NCBI GenBank assembly: GCA_964016885.1
Contig: CAXHJY010000142.1
Span: 23,820-87,819, forward strand
Reading direction: 5' to 3'
Source: Eledone cirrhosa
Lineage: Eukaryota
Length of the DNA: 64,000 nucleotides
Part shown: one piece after another, positions 1 through 12,150 of the stretch
Layout of the letters: each line of letters starts with the position of its first letter
Numbering within the stretch: position 1 is the stretch's first letter
Notes under the pieces: model-generated
The model's database searches: none
What the model was told of the DNA's origin: nothing
The model's input: the letters and a program-made list of their open reading frames with translations, nothing else
Program-made: the position numbers and the translations under genes

Positions 1-216
1 AATGTTACCAAAGCCAAGTCTGAGAGTCTGACAATCTCAGCTGACATTTCATGTTGATCTATATTATAAGTGAACTTATTTACACCAAAGAAGGCCTGAC
101 CTTCATTAGTGTAAGGGTTAGAAAATATTTCATCACTGAAATAGTTGTTTTATTGACCTTTTACAGTGGAACATATGTGACAATAACAGTACTATAGAGA
201 TAGATAGATAGAAAGA

Positions 217-252
<36 letters not shown>

Positions 253-255
253 CTA

Positions 256-878
256 TGTCGGGTCACTCTTGAGCGCTACTGGAAACATGTAACCCAGTAC
301 AACCTGTCACATAGTCGGGTCATCGGCGACTAAAGTGGCAACCCCACCAATTTAATTTGTGAGGAGGGTGCTTTTGGACACCCTGCAGGACAAAAAAACA
401 AAACCTGACAAAGGGCGGAAGAACTCATAAGAGTCAACGACCATCCAAAAGTGTGTAAACATGTATATATACATGTACATATATATGTATATATGTATAT
501 GTGTATATAGATGGGTGCATGTGTATGTATATGCGCGGGGACATAGAAAAAGTCGGGCTGGACACCCGATCGTACGGTTAAACCACTGGGAGTGACGGAC
601 CTCTAGCCTTTGTCAGGGCATTCTTCTAGGAGAAGGCAACTCAGGAAACTGGGATAACTCCGATATAAAACCTGCGGTTCAGTAGTTACCGATGATGTTG
701 ATCTTTTCTTCTTTTCGGGTTATAGCTACTGTCGCTGAGAGAGTGGGATTGGCTCAGTGCACAGTCTTTCCTCACTTTAAAAAAATATCTTCACGCACAG
801 GCATTGCACGATAGAATTAATTAATAATTATTAATAATGGTATAACGTGCAATGGCCATACTCGATAATGAGGGGACA
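256..878 (+). mobile_element. RTE-related non-autonomous repeat, interrupted by a microsatellite
   Basis: Carries the RTE 5'UTR-like motif CTAGGAGAAGGCAACTC. The 3' part (GAGAGTGGGATTGG...CACAGGCATTGC...CAGCCATCA then (TA)n) recurs at 4877-5107. Confidence 0.5.
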
Positions 879-1019
879 GCCATCATATATATATATATAC
901 ATACATATGATAGATAGATATGTTTTTTTATTAGCCACAGGGGCACAAAAGATGGGGACAAATACAAAGGGGGAAGTTTACATACAATAAAAAACGTGTA
1001 AAATGTTATCACAAATGCA

Positions 1020-1370
1020 ATTTGATAGATAGATAGATGGATAGATAGATAGATAGATAGACAAATAGTTAGATGGATAGACAGATAGAGATAGATATAG
1101 AGAGAGATGGATAGATGGGTGGATGGAGGGATAGATATAGGGATAGATAGATAGATGGATGGATAGTTAGCTAGCTTGAGAGATAGATAGAGAGAGAGAT
1201 ACATAGATAGAGAGAAAGATGGATAGAAATATAGATATATAGAAAGATAATGGAGGAGTAGCTAGATAGATGGATAGATAAATGGAGAATGGGTGGAACA
1301 TATGTGACACTTACATAACGGTACAACAGAGATAGATAGAGAGATGGATAAAGGGAGAGGGGGTTCAAGA
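1020..1370. repeat. degenerate (GATA)n tract
   Basis: GATA/GATG tandem repeats. Confidence 0.85.
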
Positions 1371-1569
1371 TAGAAAAAGTGAGAGCGAACAGCTGTTGTA
1401 CAGAGAAACATTACACTATCCTCTCCCCCACTACCAAACAACTTGTTATACAACTGATTACTAAACCACCACACACCAATATAACCATACAGCCACCACC
1501 TACTACAACTACCACTGTACTACAACCACAACTACAACAACCACTAGCTCCATGGACACTTCCCCAGGG

Positions 1570-1850
1570 TGGGCAAGAGAGAAGATTGTGTTGGCATGGG
1601 CATATGATGCACATGGATGATGATAACTGGGTGAAGAAGTGCCACGAAATCCCAGTGTAAAGAAGCCGCAGTAGAGGCAGACCAAGGAAGACCTGGGCAG
1701 AGGTCGTGAGAGCTGATCTCAAGTTGTTGAGACACACAAGGGAGATGACAAATGAGTGCAGTGTGTAGAGGGATGCTGTGCTGAAAAGGACCCACTAAAC
1801 CCATGCAATCGTGGAAAAATGGGCGTAAAACGATGATGATGTCGATGATA
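1570..1850 (+). mobile_element. RTE-clade LINE 3' fragment
   Basis: RRLCWHGHMMHMDDDNWVKKC...RGRPRKTWAEVVRADL is a typical RTE C-terminus. The tail is AACCCATGC..GTGGAAAA..(GAT)n. Confidence 0.8.
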
Positions 1851-2004
1851 TATATACACACATATTAAAAAAGAGAAATATATATGTTGTTATCGATTAG
1901 TCTTCACATCAATATATATTTTTTCCCTCTGAAACGATTGTAAAAAAATGGATTAATTAACTACTGCGCCTTGTTTTATTTTTCATTGTTCAATATTTTA
2001 TAAA

Positions 2005-2171
2005 ATGTGGTTGGTGTTAAGAAGGGCATCCAGCCGTAGAAAACCTGCCAGATAGTCCTATATGAGCGAGACACGGTCACCCGACCAACCTTGCCTCAAG
2101 TGGGACAACTCCCGTCTAACCCATGCTAGCGTGGAAAATAGACGTTAAACGAAGATGATGATGATGATGAT
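2005..2171 (+). mobile_element. SINE with a Meta-like domain and RTE-type tail. Further copies at ~13455, 30860, 31395, 32760, 35470, 40620 and 47480 (+), and ~9300-9660, 16205, 37780 and 44525 (-).
   Basis: Recurrent GTGGTTGGYGTTAGGAAGGGCATCCAGCCGTAGAA ... AACCCATGCTAGCRTGGAAAAYGGACGTTAAACG(ATG)n. Confidence 0.75.
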
Positions 2172-2915
2172 ATATATCTCCACCTGTTGTTTTGACAATG
2201 AGTATTGCAGTTGTTCTAACAATGGAACAGCCTGCTCATGAAATTAACCTGTAAGTGGCTGAAACAAACATGTAGTCGTTTGAATTACAGGTACAGTTCA
2301 TCTGACAGGCTTCCAAACAGTTTCCGCCTACCCAATTTCACTCACAGTGTGTGGGTCAACTTGAGGATATTGTAAACGGCACTTGTCCAAGGTGCCATGC
2401 AGTGAGCTGGAACCCAGAACCTTCTGATTGTGAAGCGAACTTTTTAACTCCTTGGCCAAGCTGTGAACCAATTCTTTTTATTAGTAAAAGGGGCAACGGA
2501 TGAGAAGATATTACATGATGATGTTGATGTTGATGATGCTTTCTAAGAAAGACAGAGAAGTGGGTGTGTCAATTTTATCGATCAGCCTCTGCCCTCTCTC
2601 TCAATACTTCGTTAATTGATATTAAGTAATATTTTATCTATCCCTAAAAGGATTAAAAACAAACCTAACTACCTCCCTGTCCCTTTTTATTTGCTACAGG
2701 GGAAAACGAAACAAACCGGACCACATTAGGCTGCTAGGGCTACGGGAGAGGAAGAGAGTATGACAGTTGCATAATATATCAACCCCTCCTCCCTCAATAA
2801 CTCCTTGTGGCACCGTCATACAGCGTGTGTAGGGCACTTTTAAACCTGAACCTGGAGGAGCCCAACTCTCTCCAGGTCTGAACAACACAATCGATTTTTT
2901 TCTATAGAGGAAGAA

Positions 2916-3082
2916 TCGACCCCATTACTGGACTGGTACTTTTTTTTTATCGATCTCGAAAGGATGAAAGGCAAAGTTGACCCCGGCGGGATTTGGACTC
3001 AGTGCATGCAAAGGGGTGGGACGAATGCCGTAAAGCATTCTATCAGACGTCTTAACGACTCTACCAATACGCCGCCGCCTTA
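2916..3082 (-). mobile_element. tRNA-derived SINE (Deu/Nin-like central motif). Many other copies at ~7325, 8690, 11790, 12970, 14020, 15240, 34715-35243, 37090 and 45020.
   Basis: B-box GAGTTCAAATC followed by GCCGAGGTYAACTTTGCCTTTCATCC..GGGTCGATAAAATAAAGTACCAG, repeated many times in the window. Confidence 0.8.
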
Positions 3083-3344
3083 ATATATCACAATAGGAAA
3101 AAAATAACATACACATGTAAACAACACAAAGGAGCAGACGAAGGAAGTGTCTTTGTGATAGCTTGGCATGCTAGAAACATCAGCCAAATGTTTCTCAAAT
3201 CATCCACACACTCACTCCTGCTAGGACACGTTAGATAATGACACCCTGGAATTTTTTTCTTTAAATATAATTTTACTGAAGCGAAAATTTTATAGTTTAA
3301 AAGTGACATACAGAGATACATAAACAAATCAAAATTTAATCTGC

Positions 3345-3560
3345 GAGGTAGTAGTAGTAGTAATGGTGGTGATAGTAGTAGTAGTAATGGTGGTGATAGT
3401 AGTAGTAATAGAGGTAGTAGTAGTAGTAGCAGTAATATTAGTAGTGGTAGTAGTAGGAAAGTTTGGATGGTTTAAAGATAACGTCATCAGAAATGAATTA
3501 AAAGTCGAAAACATTCCAATAAAAATAACTACAACAACAACAGCAACAATACTATAACAA
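3345..3560. repeat. (GTA/GTG)n and (ACA)n triplet tracts
   Basis: Visible triplet repeats. Confidence 0.85.
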
Positions 3561-4301
3561 TGTATACAGTAATGGCTTGAGTGTATTTGATCATAGTTTT
3601 AGCTACGACCAGAGCTGGCCTAGGGTTAAACAACACCAACAACATGTAAACAGACATGACCACTACTACTACTACTGCTGCTGCTACTGCTACTACTACT
3701 ATTAATAATTGTTTCTACTTTTGGCACAAGGCCAGCAATTACTCAGTAAATTACTGGTACTTTATTTTATCGACCCCGTATGGTTTCTGATTTGGGCACA
3801 AGGTCAACAATTTTGGTGGGAGGGGAAACTCGATTAAATCGACCCCAAATAATAAATATTTGGCCATAGGTCAGAGGTGGCTTCTTGTTATTACTATTAT
3901 ATATGTGGTCATGGTTGGAATGCCTTTGATCATAGGTCATTTCGACGATCAGAGCTAGCCTCGGGCTAAACAACAACAGCACCACCAATATGTAAACAGA
4001 GGCGTAACCAAAAACATAAATAATAATATTTTTAAAAAGATGTTCAATTAAAATAAAATTATATGAATAAATAGAGTAAACCGATAAAACGGGGTCGGAT
4101 CCCGAAACATAGATTCGGGAGCCACCGAAAGCCCACTATCCTTAAATAATACAATATAAGGATTTCGTAATACATACATACATATACATATATATATATA
4201 TATTTATTTGGCTCTGTTTAACTGCATTGAGCTATACCTTTTGCTATCATTTCTATAATACGAAGAGGGTGTTTAACTCCAACACGCTCCAGTATTCTAA
4301 T

Positions 4302-4338
<37 letters not shown>

Positions 4339-4402
4339 CACAAATATATATATACTAATATATGTGTATATATATAAATATATATATATAATTTTTTTTA
4401 TG

Positions 4403-4562
4403 AATATAGAAAAGGCTTCTACAGAACTAGAACTGTTTCATTCGGGCTTTCCTGATGATTTCCTTCGAATGAAACAGTTCTAGTCCTGTAGAAGCCTTTT
4501 CTATATTAAATTTATACTCAGCTATGTATTGAGTACCTTACTGTGGTTACCCCCGATTGAAC
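4403..4562 (+). mobile_element. short Penelope-like/retrozyme-like element with a 5' inversion, lying in (TA)n/(CA)n
   Basis: 4403-4444 is an inverted copy of ~4466-4507. The tail GTATTGAGTACCTTACTGTGGTTACC recurs at ~29920 and ~52680 (-). Confidence 0.65.
4445..4496 (+). ncRNA. type I hammerhead ribozyme motif (family A)
   Basis: GGCTTTC-CTGATGA-TTTC(CTTC)GAAT-GAAACAG(TTCTAGTC)CTGTA-GAAGCC: conserved core, stems I-III, GUA cleavage triplet. Confidence 0.72.
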
Positions 4563-4638
<76 letters not shown>

Positions 4639-4876
4639 TGCGTATATATTAGTGTGTTTGTGTAGTAGGTGGTTCTGTATAGAGGAAAACAGTAAATTCA
4701 ACGGGAGAATGGAAGGAACCAAGGTAGATCTTAAAGCTTAATAACAATGGATTCTCTCTTAGTGGGCAGTGGTCTAGTTGACGGGATACAGAATTTAGCA
4801 TATTACTGGTACTTAATAATGGTAACAACAACATTATTTGTATATATATGTGTGTGTATGTATATATATATATATT

Positions 4877-5107
4877 CGGAAGCATCCGATGCTGACCAGT
4901 TCTCCTTTACGGGTAGTGTTTGATGCTCAGAGAGTGGGATTGGTCAAGTGCAAGGGTTTTCCCCACTTAAAAAACCTTCAAAACACAGGCATTGCTTGTT
5001 CAGGATATGTTACAGGTTCCTTGTGGCTGGCCGTAGCCTAAAAGTGAACCATTTTCTGTAATCTGACAAGCAATTGCAATACTCTTAGAAGAGTTTGCAG
5101 CCATCAT
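4877..5107 (+). mobile_element. second, 3' partial copy of the 256-878 repeat family
   Basis: Shares GAGAGTGGGATTGG, CACTTAAAAAA, CACAGGCATTGC and a CAGCCATCA-(TA)n end. Confidence 0.5.
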
Positions 5108-5249
5108 ATATATATATATATATATATACATGTGTGTGTGTGTATTGTATATATATAGTTTGTGTGTATATATATATTTTTGTTTGTGTGAATATATATA
5201 CACACACACACATATATATATATATACCTTTGTTTGTGTGAATATATAT

Positions 5250-5289
<40 letters not shown>

Positions 5290-5421
5290 ACATACAAACA
5301 ACCATAGGTGCATAATTATACACACGCACTATATCGACAGGGAGGGAGTAGTTTTATTGGTATAGAAAATGTGAGTCAGATACGGAGAAATAGAAACGGG
5401 AGACGTTGGTAAGAGTGTGTA

Positions 5422-5468
<47 letters not shown>

Positions 5469-5528
5469 TGTGTGTAGGTAAGTAAGCAACAGTGGCTAAG
5501 TTGTACTTATTAGAGAACTCAACATGGG

Positions 5529-5579
<51 letters not shown>

Positions 5580-6504
5580 ATGTATGTAAGTGTGATCGTA
5601 AGTATATATATGTGTGTTGTGTGAAAGAAAGAGAGAACTATAGATAGAACGTGAGTGATGTATATAATTGTTTCTACTTTAGGCACAAGGCCAGCAATTA
5701 CCCAGTGCATTACTGATATAATAGCAGAAAGACAGGACAATAATAGAAAGAAAAGAGATATTGGAAGACTTACATTTTTATCTCTATATTGACGTCCAGA
5801 TCACAACTATACACATAGCACAATCTATCTGGAACATCAGCCATGGTTTTTTAAAATAAATATGAAGATAATTAGTGTGTGTGTGTATATATATATATAC
5901 AATGGTTGGTGGCCTCTAATGTTTCACTTTATCAATTAGCAACACATAATGTCCAGTGTCGGATTGTCTGTCACCAAAGCTTTTCACTCTGGTGTCTAGT
6001 CGCCATCATGACAAGGGAAATAACTGGGATAACTATACATCATTTACACCGATGACCTCCCCCTTACCTCTTAACTTGTGGAATGTATTGTCTTACTTTT
6101 TTTGTCTTTCTATTTTTCATTCATTTTTTTTCCTTTCTCACTTTCTTTCTTTCTCACTTTTTCTTATCTTTCTTTCTCTCTCTGATTCTTTGCTTGTTTG
6201 TTTGTTTCTTTCTCAGCTTTTCTTTTTAAATGTTTCCCCCTTTTACTTCTTTTTAAATTTCTTCTATTTTTTCGTTCCCTCTCCCCTTTACTCTCTTGTT
6301 TTCTCTTTTTTTTTATTCCCACCCCCTTACCACCAATCATCTATTTCGTTTTATCCTTTCATTCAGCAGGCTTATAATCTAAGGTTCATAACATCATCAT
6401 CCCACCACCACCACTATTTTTCAACAAGAACTTGGTGTCATTTTAATAATTTTGAATCGCGAAAAAAATTTATAATTTTTTATAGTCCATCGCCATAATC
6501 TAGA

Positions 6505-7246
6505 CCTAGCCTGCGCATCGGCGTTTCCCTGAGGCTCGGCCTCCGGATCTGCCAGCCACACCAATGTCGCTGCAGTTCCACCGTGGACTCTTTCGGCCTC
6601 CACTCGCTTTCCTGTCGCCACAGTGGCGGCCGCATTCCACGCCATGCTGCCCCCAACGAGGTCATTAAGCGTGGTGTGGACGCTGCAAGCTTCCCTTCCC
6701 AGCTCGAACCGGTGGGGTTGGATCGAGGGGACGGCAAAAGGCCAGATGGCATGACCATCTTCCCGTTCTGCGGTGGCAAACCCCTCGTCTGGGATGCCAC
6801 TTGCACCGACACTTTCTGCAGCCGCAACCTGGTGCAGTCTGCAACTGACCCAGGTTCTGCTGCACGTCGGGCTGAGGGGGCCAAACTCCTCAAATACCGG
6901 TCGCTCTCCGACAGGTTTTTTGGTCGTACCCCTGGCAGTGGAGACTTCTGGTGTCCTCGGCCCCAGGGCTACCTCCTTACTCACCACAATAGGCACCGAG
7001 CTGGCCAGCCGCAGGTGTGAGCCCCGCGAGTTGGAGTGGCTCTTCCAGCGCGTCTCCCTCGCCGTGCCCCGGGGAAACGCCTTCTCCATTCTGTCCGTCG
7101 GGGCTGTGGGTGGGCCCCATCGCGTACCGTTGTAGTTGTTGTAGGAGAAACGGGTTCCACTTGTATATTGTATATATTTTTCTTTTGTATATATTTTTCT
7201 TGGATATCTACACCTTCGAAAACGTATCTCTGTAAAATAAAAAAAT
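6505..7246 (+). mobile_element. 5'-truncated CRE-like non-LTR retrotransposon (zinc knuckle plus PD-(D/E)xK restriction-like endonuclease), frameshifted
   Basis: Translation: LRIGVSLRLGLRICQPHQCRC...HSLSC...RH...LEP...GKRPDGMTIFPF..GKPLVWDATCTDT...AEGAKLLKY. After a frameshift in a T-run near 6916-6921 it reads VPLAVETSGVLGP...FQRVSLAVPRGNAFSIL. An AT-rich 3' UTR ends in AATAAAAAAA. GC content is far above the flanks. Confidence 0.82.
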
Positions 7247-7549
7247 ATACATTTTAAGAAATTTATGGGAAAACAAAGACAGAGGGGAAGGGAATTAAAA
7301 TGTAATTATGCCATAAAACGCCCCTCGTGTCTAATTGGTACTTATTTTATCGACCCTTAAAAGACGAATGTCAAGGCTGAACGCTACGAGATTCGAACTC
7401 AGATCATAAAGGAATGATACGGCCGCAGTATTTTCCCTTGCTCTCTACCGATTCTACCAACGTTGATAACCAAACTCCAAAAGGTTCTCTTTGTTTCACC
7501 TCAGTCAAGGAAGATAACTCTGTTAGCTTATTGTGTTTCATTAGAATCA

Positions 7550-7590
7550 ATGACGTCATGCTACTTCCGGTTCGACATCAAAATGGCAGC
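7550..7590 (+). promoter_or_regulatory. PLRG1 housekeeping-type promoter motifs: CRE/ATF palindrome, ETS site, YY1-like site overlapping the ATG
   Basis: ATGACGTCAT at 7550-7559, ACTTCCGG at 7563-7570 and CAAAATGGCAGC at 7579-7590, in a CpG-enriched context. Confidence 0.6.
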
Positions 7591-8500
7591 CGGTATAGAC
7601 GATGTCTTGAAACACTCAGTGCATACATTGGTGTTTCGTTCACTGAAACGAACTCATGATATGTTCCTGTCTGATCAGAACTTTATACCCACAATCGACG
7701 AAAAATGCGAGAAGCTATGGGCCGATATAAAATTACGCGGCGAATACAGCATGGTGAAAGACATGCCGCGACCCGAACCACCGCACTCGAAAAAGCTCAC
7801 AGAACACGTTGGAGGATCCAACTCGACCGGTCCGGGCGATCAAGACGGGGAACAAAATCAAGTAGAGTTCCGAAAGACTGTATTGTCAGATGGATCGGTT
7901 GTGACCACACCTGTACCAAACAACATGCAGGTGACTACCTATGATTCCAAGACTTCCGACCAGAATTCCAAGATGTTAACTACCTTGAATCAAACGTTAA
8001 TCCCAAGAAAAGCCCCAACTATGCCCAAGCCGGAATGGCACCCTCCTTGGAAACTGTACAGAGTGATTTCTGGCCATTTAGGCTGGGTCCGATGTATATC
8101 TGTGGAACCGAAAAACGAATGGTTTGTTACGGGCGGCGGTGACCGCGTTATAAAAATCTGGGACTTGGCTAGTGGCACGCTAAAGTTGTCCCTGACAGGA
8201 CATATCAGCTCTGTACGTGGCGTGTGTGTCAGTCCTCGCAACCCTTATCTCTTCTCTTGCGGTGAGGACAAACTGGTGAAGTGCTGGGACCTGGAATACA
8301 ACAAAGTAATTCGCCACTACCATGGACATCTGAGTGCTGTTTACGGCCTTGATATTCATCCTACCATTGACGTATTGCTGTCGTGCGGACGTGATTCTAC
8401 GGCCCGTGTCTGGGATATGCGGACAAAAGCGTGTGTCCACACCATGACTGGACACACCAACACTGTAGCTGTGGTCAAATGTCAAGCAGCTGAGCCACAG
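7583..8500 (+). CDS. PLRG1: PLRG1/Prp46 (Prp19-complex WD40 splicing factor), coding exon 1
   Basis: ATG at 7583 (CAAAATGGCA) gives [28 protein letters not shown], the characteristic PLRG1 N-terminus. It continues through [21 protein letters not shown] and GH..WD repeats. The exon ends at AEPQ with a CAG|GTAAGT donor at 8501 (306 codons, phase 0). Confidence 0.97.
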
Positions 8501-10224
8501 GTAAGTAAATTGTTCATTCTCTTTCGTTTTATAAAAACATATTTAAAAAATCCCAGACTTTCTGGTCCGAATAGAACATTTCCAAATGTTGACAGCCTGA
8601 TTCGTTCTGGTTTTTACACACAGGCTTTAGTAAATGCAGGAATATTCTGTAATAATTTGTACAGTTTATGATATTATTATTGATTAAGGTTAATTTTACC
8701 TTGAAATCCTTACGGGGTCGATAAAATAAAGCACAAATAATACATTGGAATGATTGCTGGCCTTGTACCAAAAGTAGAAACAATTATTGATTAGGGTTTG
8801 GGGTTCGTGTTGGCCTTTAGTTTAAGGTTAGGGTTAAGGGTTATGAGGCAGCTTTAGGGCATTCTATAACATTTACTACTGTTTATGGTACGTATTATTG
8901 ATTAGGGGATCGGTTTGAGGTTAGTTTAAGGTTAGGGTTAAGAGTTAAGAAAAATCACGATTGGAAAACTAGTTGTTTTAGAATTTCTTTTATACTATAC
9001 GCAAAAAATTGAATTGAACTGTTTACTTTTTGTTTTGAAAAGATATTGGATTCCCCATAAACATTGATTCATCGAGATAAGGTCTACCATGTTCGTTGAC
9101 CTGCTAGAAATAGCAGCCATATCTACCTCAGATCACCTACCGTCTTGAAAGAAGGAAATATACATTAGATAATCTAGTCATAGATACTCATAAAAATATG
9201 GTATTGTCCAGGCAGGAATGTTTCTGACTAGGTTTGGTTCACATTCTTTATACTCTTCCACATATATTTTTACTATTGTACTATTTCATCATTGCCATCA
9301 TCATTCTTGTGATTTAATGTTTGTTTTCTATACTTGCTTGGGTTAGATGGGTTCTCGTGTGCTGTGGCTTGACTGGTCAGGTGATCACATCTTACTCATA
9401 CTCTCCATTTTAGTATGGTTTCTCAGGCTGGATTCTCTTCCTAACACCAGCCATTTTACAGTGTGTACTGGGAGCATATTTTCTACAGCTGGATGCTCTT
9501 TCTAACACTGACCACTTTACTGCATGTACTGGGAGCATGGGTTGTAAGGTCAGATGCCCTTCCTAACACCAGTCACTTTACAGTGTATACTGGGAGCATG
9601 TTTTCTACAGCTGCATGTTCTTCCTAACTCTGACCACTTTGTAGAGTTCACTGGGTGTGTTTATCATGTGGATCACCTAAACTAGAGAGGTTGCTCTTAA
9701 CACAATGGAAGAGTCCACTCAATCCAGGTCTTCCTCTACTGCAGCTTCCCTCCACTGGATGTCTTAGCACTTCTTCACCCAATGATCATGATCCATATGC
9801 CTCACATGATCACACCAGCACCATATTCTCTCCTGCACTGATTCATTTGATTCCTCTGATACTCAGTGTTTCTCTTAAATCTGCCTCCCATTAGCCTTCA
9901 ATATTTGAAATTTTTTTTTGTTTTTATCACTTGTCTCACTAGTTCTTTTTGATTACCTACTGTAAGGAGTACTCAATGCTTCCCCTAGTCTGTTATGGTT
10001 TACTAGTTCTATACGTACGTTTAAATTGAATAAATGAATAGCATAAAATATTTAAAATAAGGTCCATCTCTAAAGATGTTGATAATCTGGAAAATTATAA
10101 TTTTATATAATATTTCCATTGTATTTTCATCATCATCATGTTTGTTTCCCTGCTTGCAGGTTGGATGGGTGTGTTTTATTTCTGTATTTGTTTTTCTTAT
10201 ATTTCTGTTTCTTTCCTTCCCTAG
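8501..10224 (+). other. PLRG1 GT-AG intron (1724 bp) containing SINE and RTE fragments
   Basis: GTAAGT...TTTCTTTCCTTCCCTAG; splicing restores a continuous WD40 repeat. Confidence 0.93.
9680..9840 (-). mobile_element. degenerate RTE LINE fragment in the PLRG1 intron
   Basis: The reverse strand resembles the 1570-1850 RTE C-terminus (GHV..M...WVKKC...GRP..W). Confidence 0.55.
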
Positions 10225-10737
10225 GTAATTACTGGTAGCCACGATTGTACTATCCGTCTATGGGACCTGGCAGCTGGACGTACTCGTGCCACACTTACCA
10301 ACCACAAGAAGAGCATCCGATCCTTAGTCCTCCACCCCACCAAGTATTCCTTTACATCAGGCTCTCCAGACAACATTAAACAGTGGAAGTTTCCAGATGG
10401 GAACTTCATCCAGAACTTGACAGGCCACAACGCCATCATCAATACTCTCGGTATGAACTCTGACAATGTCCTCGTGTCTGGCGCCGACAATGGTACAATG
10501 TATTTCTGGGACTGGAAGACTGGTTACAACTTCCAGAGAATCCAAGCTGCTGTACAGCCAGGCTCTATTGATTCTGAAGCTGGTATCTTTGCTTGTACCT
10601 TTGATCACAGTGGAAGTCGTTTGATTACTGGGGAGGCTGACAAAAGTATCAAAATTTACAAAGAAGATGAAACAGCCTCCGAAGAAAGTCACCCCATTAA
10701 CTGGAGGCCAGACATTCTGAAGAGGAAGCGATATTAG
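10225..10737 (+). CDS. PLRG1: PLRG1 coding exon 2 (last WD40 repeats and C-terminus)
   Basis: Polypyrimidine tract and TAG acceptor ending at 10224. The frame continues [15 protein letters not shown]...[13 protein letters not shown]...[18 protein letters not shown]-stop. Spliced product is about 476 aa. Confidence 0.96.
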   Translation, partial: VITGSHDCTIRLWDLAAGRTRATLTNHKKSIRSLVLHPTKYSFTSGSPDNIKQWKFPDGNFIQNLTGHNAIINTLGMNSDNVLVSGADNGTMYFWDWKTGYNFQRIQAAVQPGSIDSEAGIFACTFDHSGSRLITGEADKSIKIYKEDETASEESHPINWRPDILKRKRY

Positions 10738-10939
10738 ACATTTTCTTCTCTGTTTATCATCTTCATTCATCTTAATATTTTTTTTGTATAAAAAAAAGTT
10801 TTCTTAAAATATATTCATAAAAATATCATAAAATATTTTATAAATCATTTGAAACTGAACTGTGTTGTTTTTAATTAATGGATCTTGATTTTTTTGTTGT
10901 TATTCAAAAAAAGTTACAAAAAGTTAAAGCTTATTCTAA

Positions 10940-11372
10940 ACCTAGAGGCTCATGAGGCCCGTGCTTATCCCAGTTTTGTCAGTGTTAAGTGACTGAGAGT
11001 ACCAGACTTCCAGAATGGCACTCCTTCACAGGTTTAACCTCCAGTTACTGCTGCTGGTACTCTTTCTCAGCTGAGTGTACTGGAACAATGTGAAATGAAG
11101 TGTTTTGCTCAAGAACATTATGCACTATCTTGTCAAGGAATTGAACCCATATGAAACAACTGACAATACAAAACTCCCCCCTGGACAGAACACCAGTTCA
11201 TGGCAGAGTTAATTCCCAGCTACTGCCGGTACATTTTTTCAGCTGTGTGTACTGGAGTAATATGAAATAACGTGTTTTGCTCAAGAACATAATGTGCCAC
11301 CGGATTCAGAAATCAAACCCTCAACATTATGATTGTAAATCTAACACCCAACCTATGAGGTCAAGTGCCTTC
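10940..11372 (-). mobile_element. CORE-type SINE copies (similar at ~12150-12390 and 46935-47290)
   Basis: Recurrent CTGAGTGTACTGGARCAAYGTGAAATGAAGTGTTTTGCTCAAGAACA plus a tRNA-like head. Confidence 0.6.
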
Positions 11373-12029
11373 ACCATTGAAACAGTACCTCACAGTATCT
11401 GTTTTCATATCATCTGTGTTTCTGATTTAGAAATGGTACACTGTGTCCCTGCATGTTGTAAGAGGTGACTAAAAAGGTTAGCAATCAGAAGAGAATTTGG
11501 TGGGATTTAGTGATATAAATAACTTCCACATTATTCAACTGGTGTTTGGAACATAACTTAAAGGTTCTTAGATAACCTTATGATGGATGTATTTTATATG
11601 TCTGCCTGTCTGTATGTATGGACCAATAACTCCTGATGCAATTGTGGATTTGGTGTAGTGACATACAACGTGTCTTAGACGTCTTTTTAAAAGTCTTTTG
11701 GAGCACTTCTTTCAGTCTGAACAGCTAATTTCTTCTCTTCCAGAGAAGGAATGAGAGATGGAGTGAGAAAAAGATATAGAGGAAGAAAAAACTCCAGTAC
11801 TAGACTGGTACTTTTTAGTTCGACTCAGAAAGAATGAAAGGTAAAGTTGACTTCGGCAAGTTTTGAACTCAGTACAGAGAGTCAGAACAAATACCGCAAA
11901 TCGTTCTATCCAACGTTCTAACGACTCTGCTAATTCGCCAGGAAGGTGTCCGTGTATATATAAATACTTTAAAATAAATAGTTTTGTGTTGTAGAATGAG
12001 GGGTGGTTTAATAAGAAATGGGGGTTAAT

Positions 12030-12150
<121 letters not shown>

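Noticed and set aside
6421-7089. 222 aa minus-strand ORF
   Set aside because: It is the antisense shadow of the GC-rich retrotransposon fragment.
7463-8671. ORF-track PLRG1 boundaries (402 aa)
   Set aside because: The true start is the ATG at 7583, and the ORF reads through the donor at 8501 into the intron.
8790-8950. TTAGGG-like repeats in the PLRG1 intron
   Set aside because: Too few and too degenerate to call interstitial telomere or a Helentron end.
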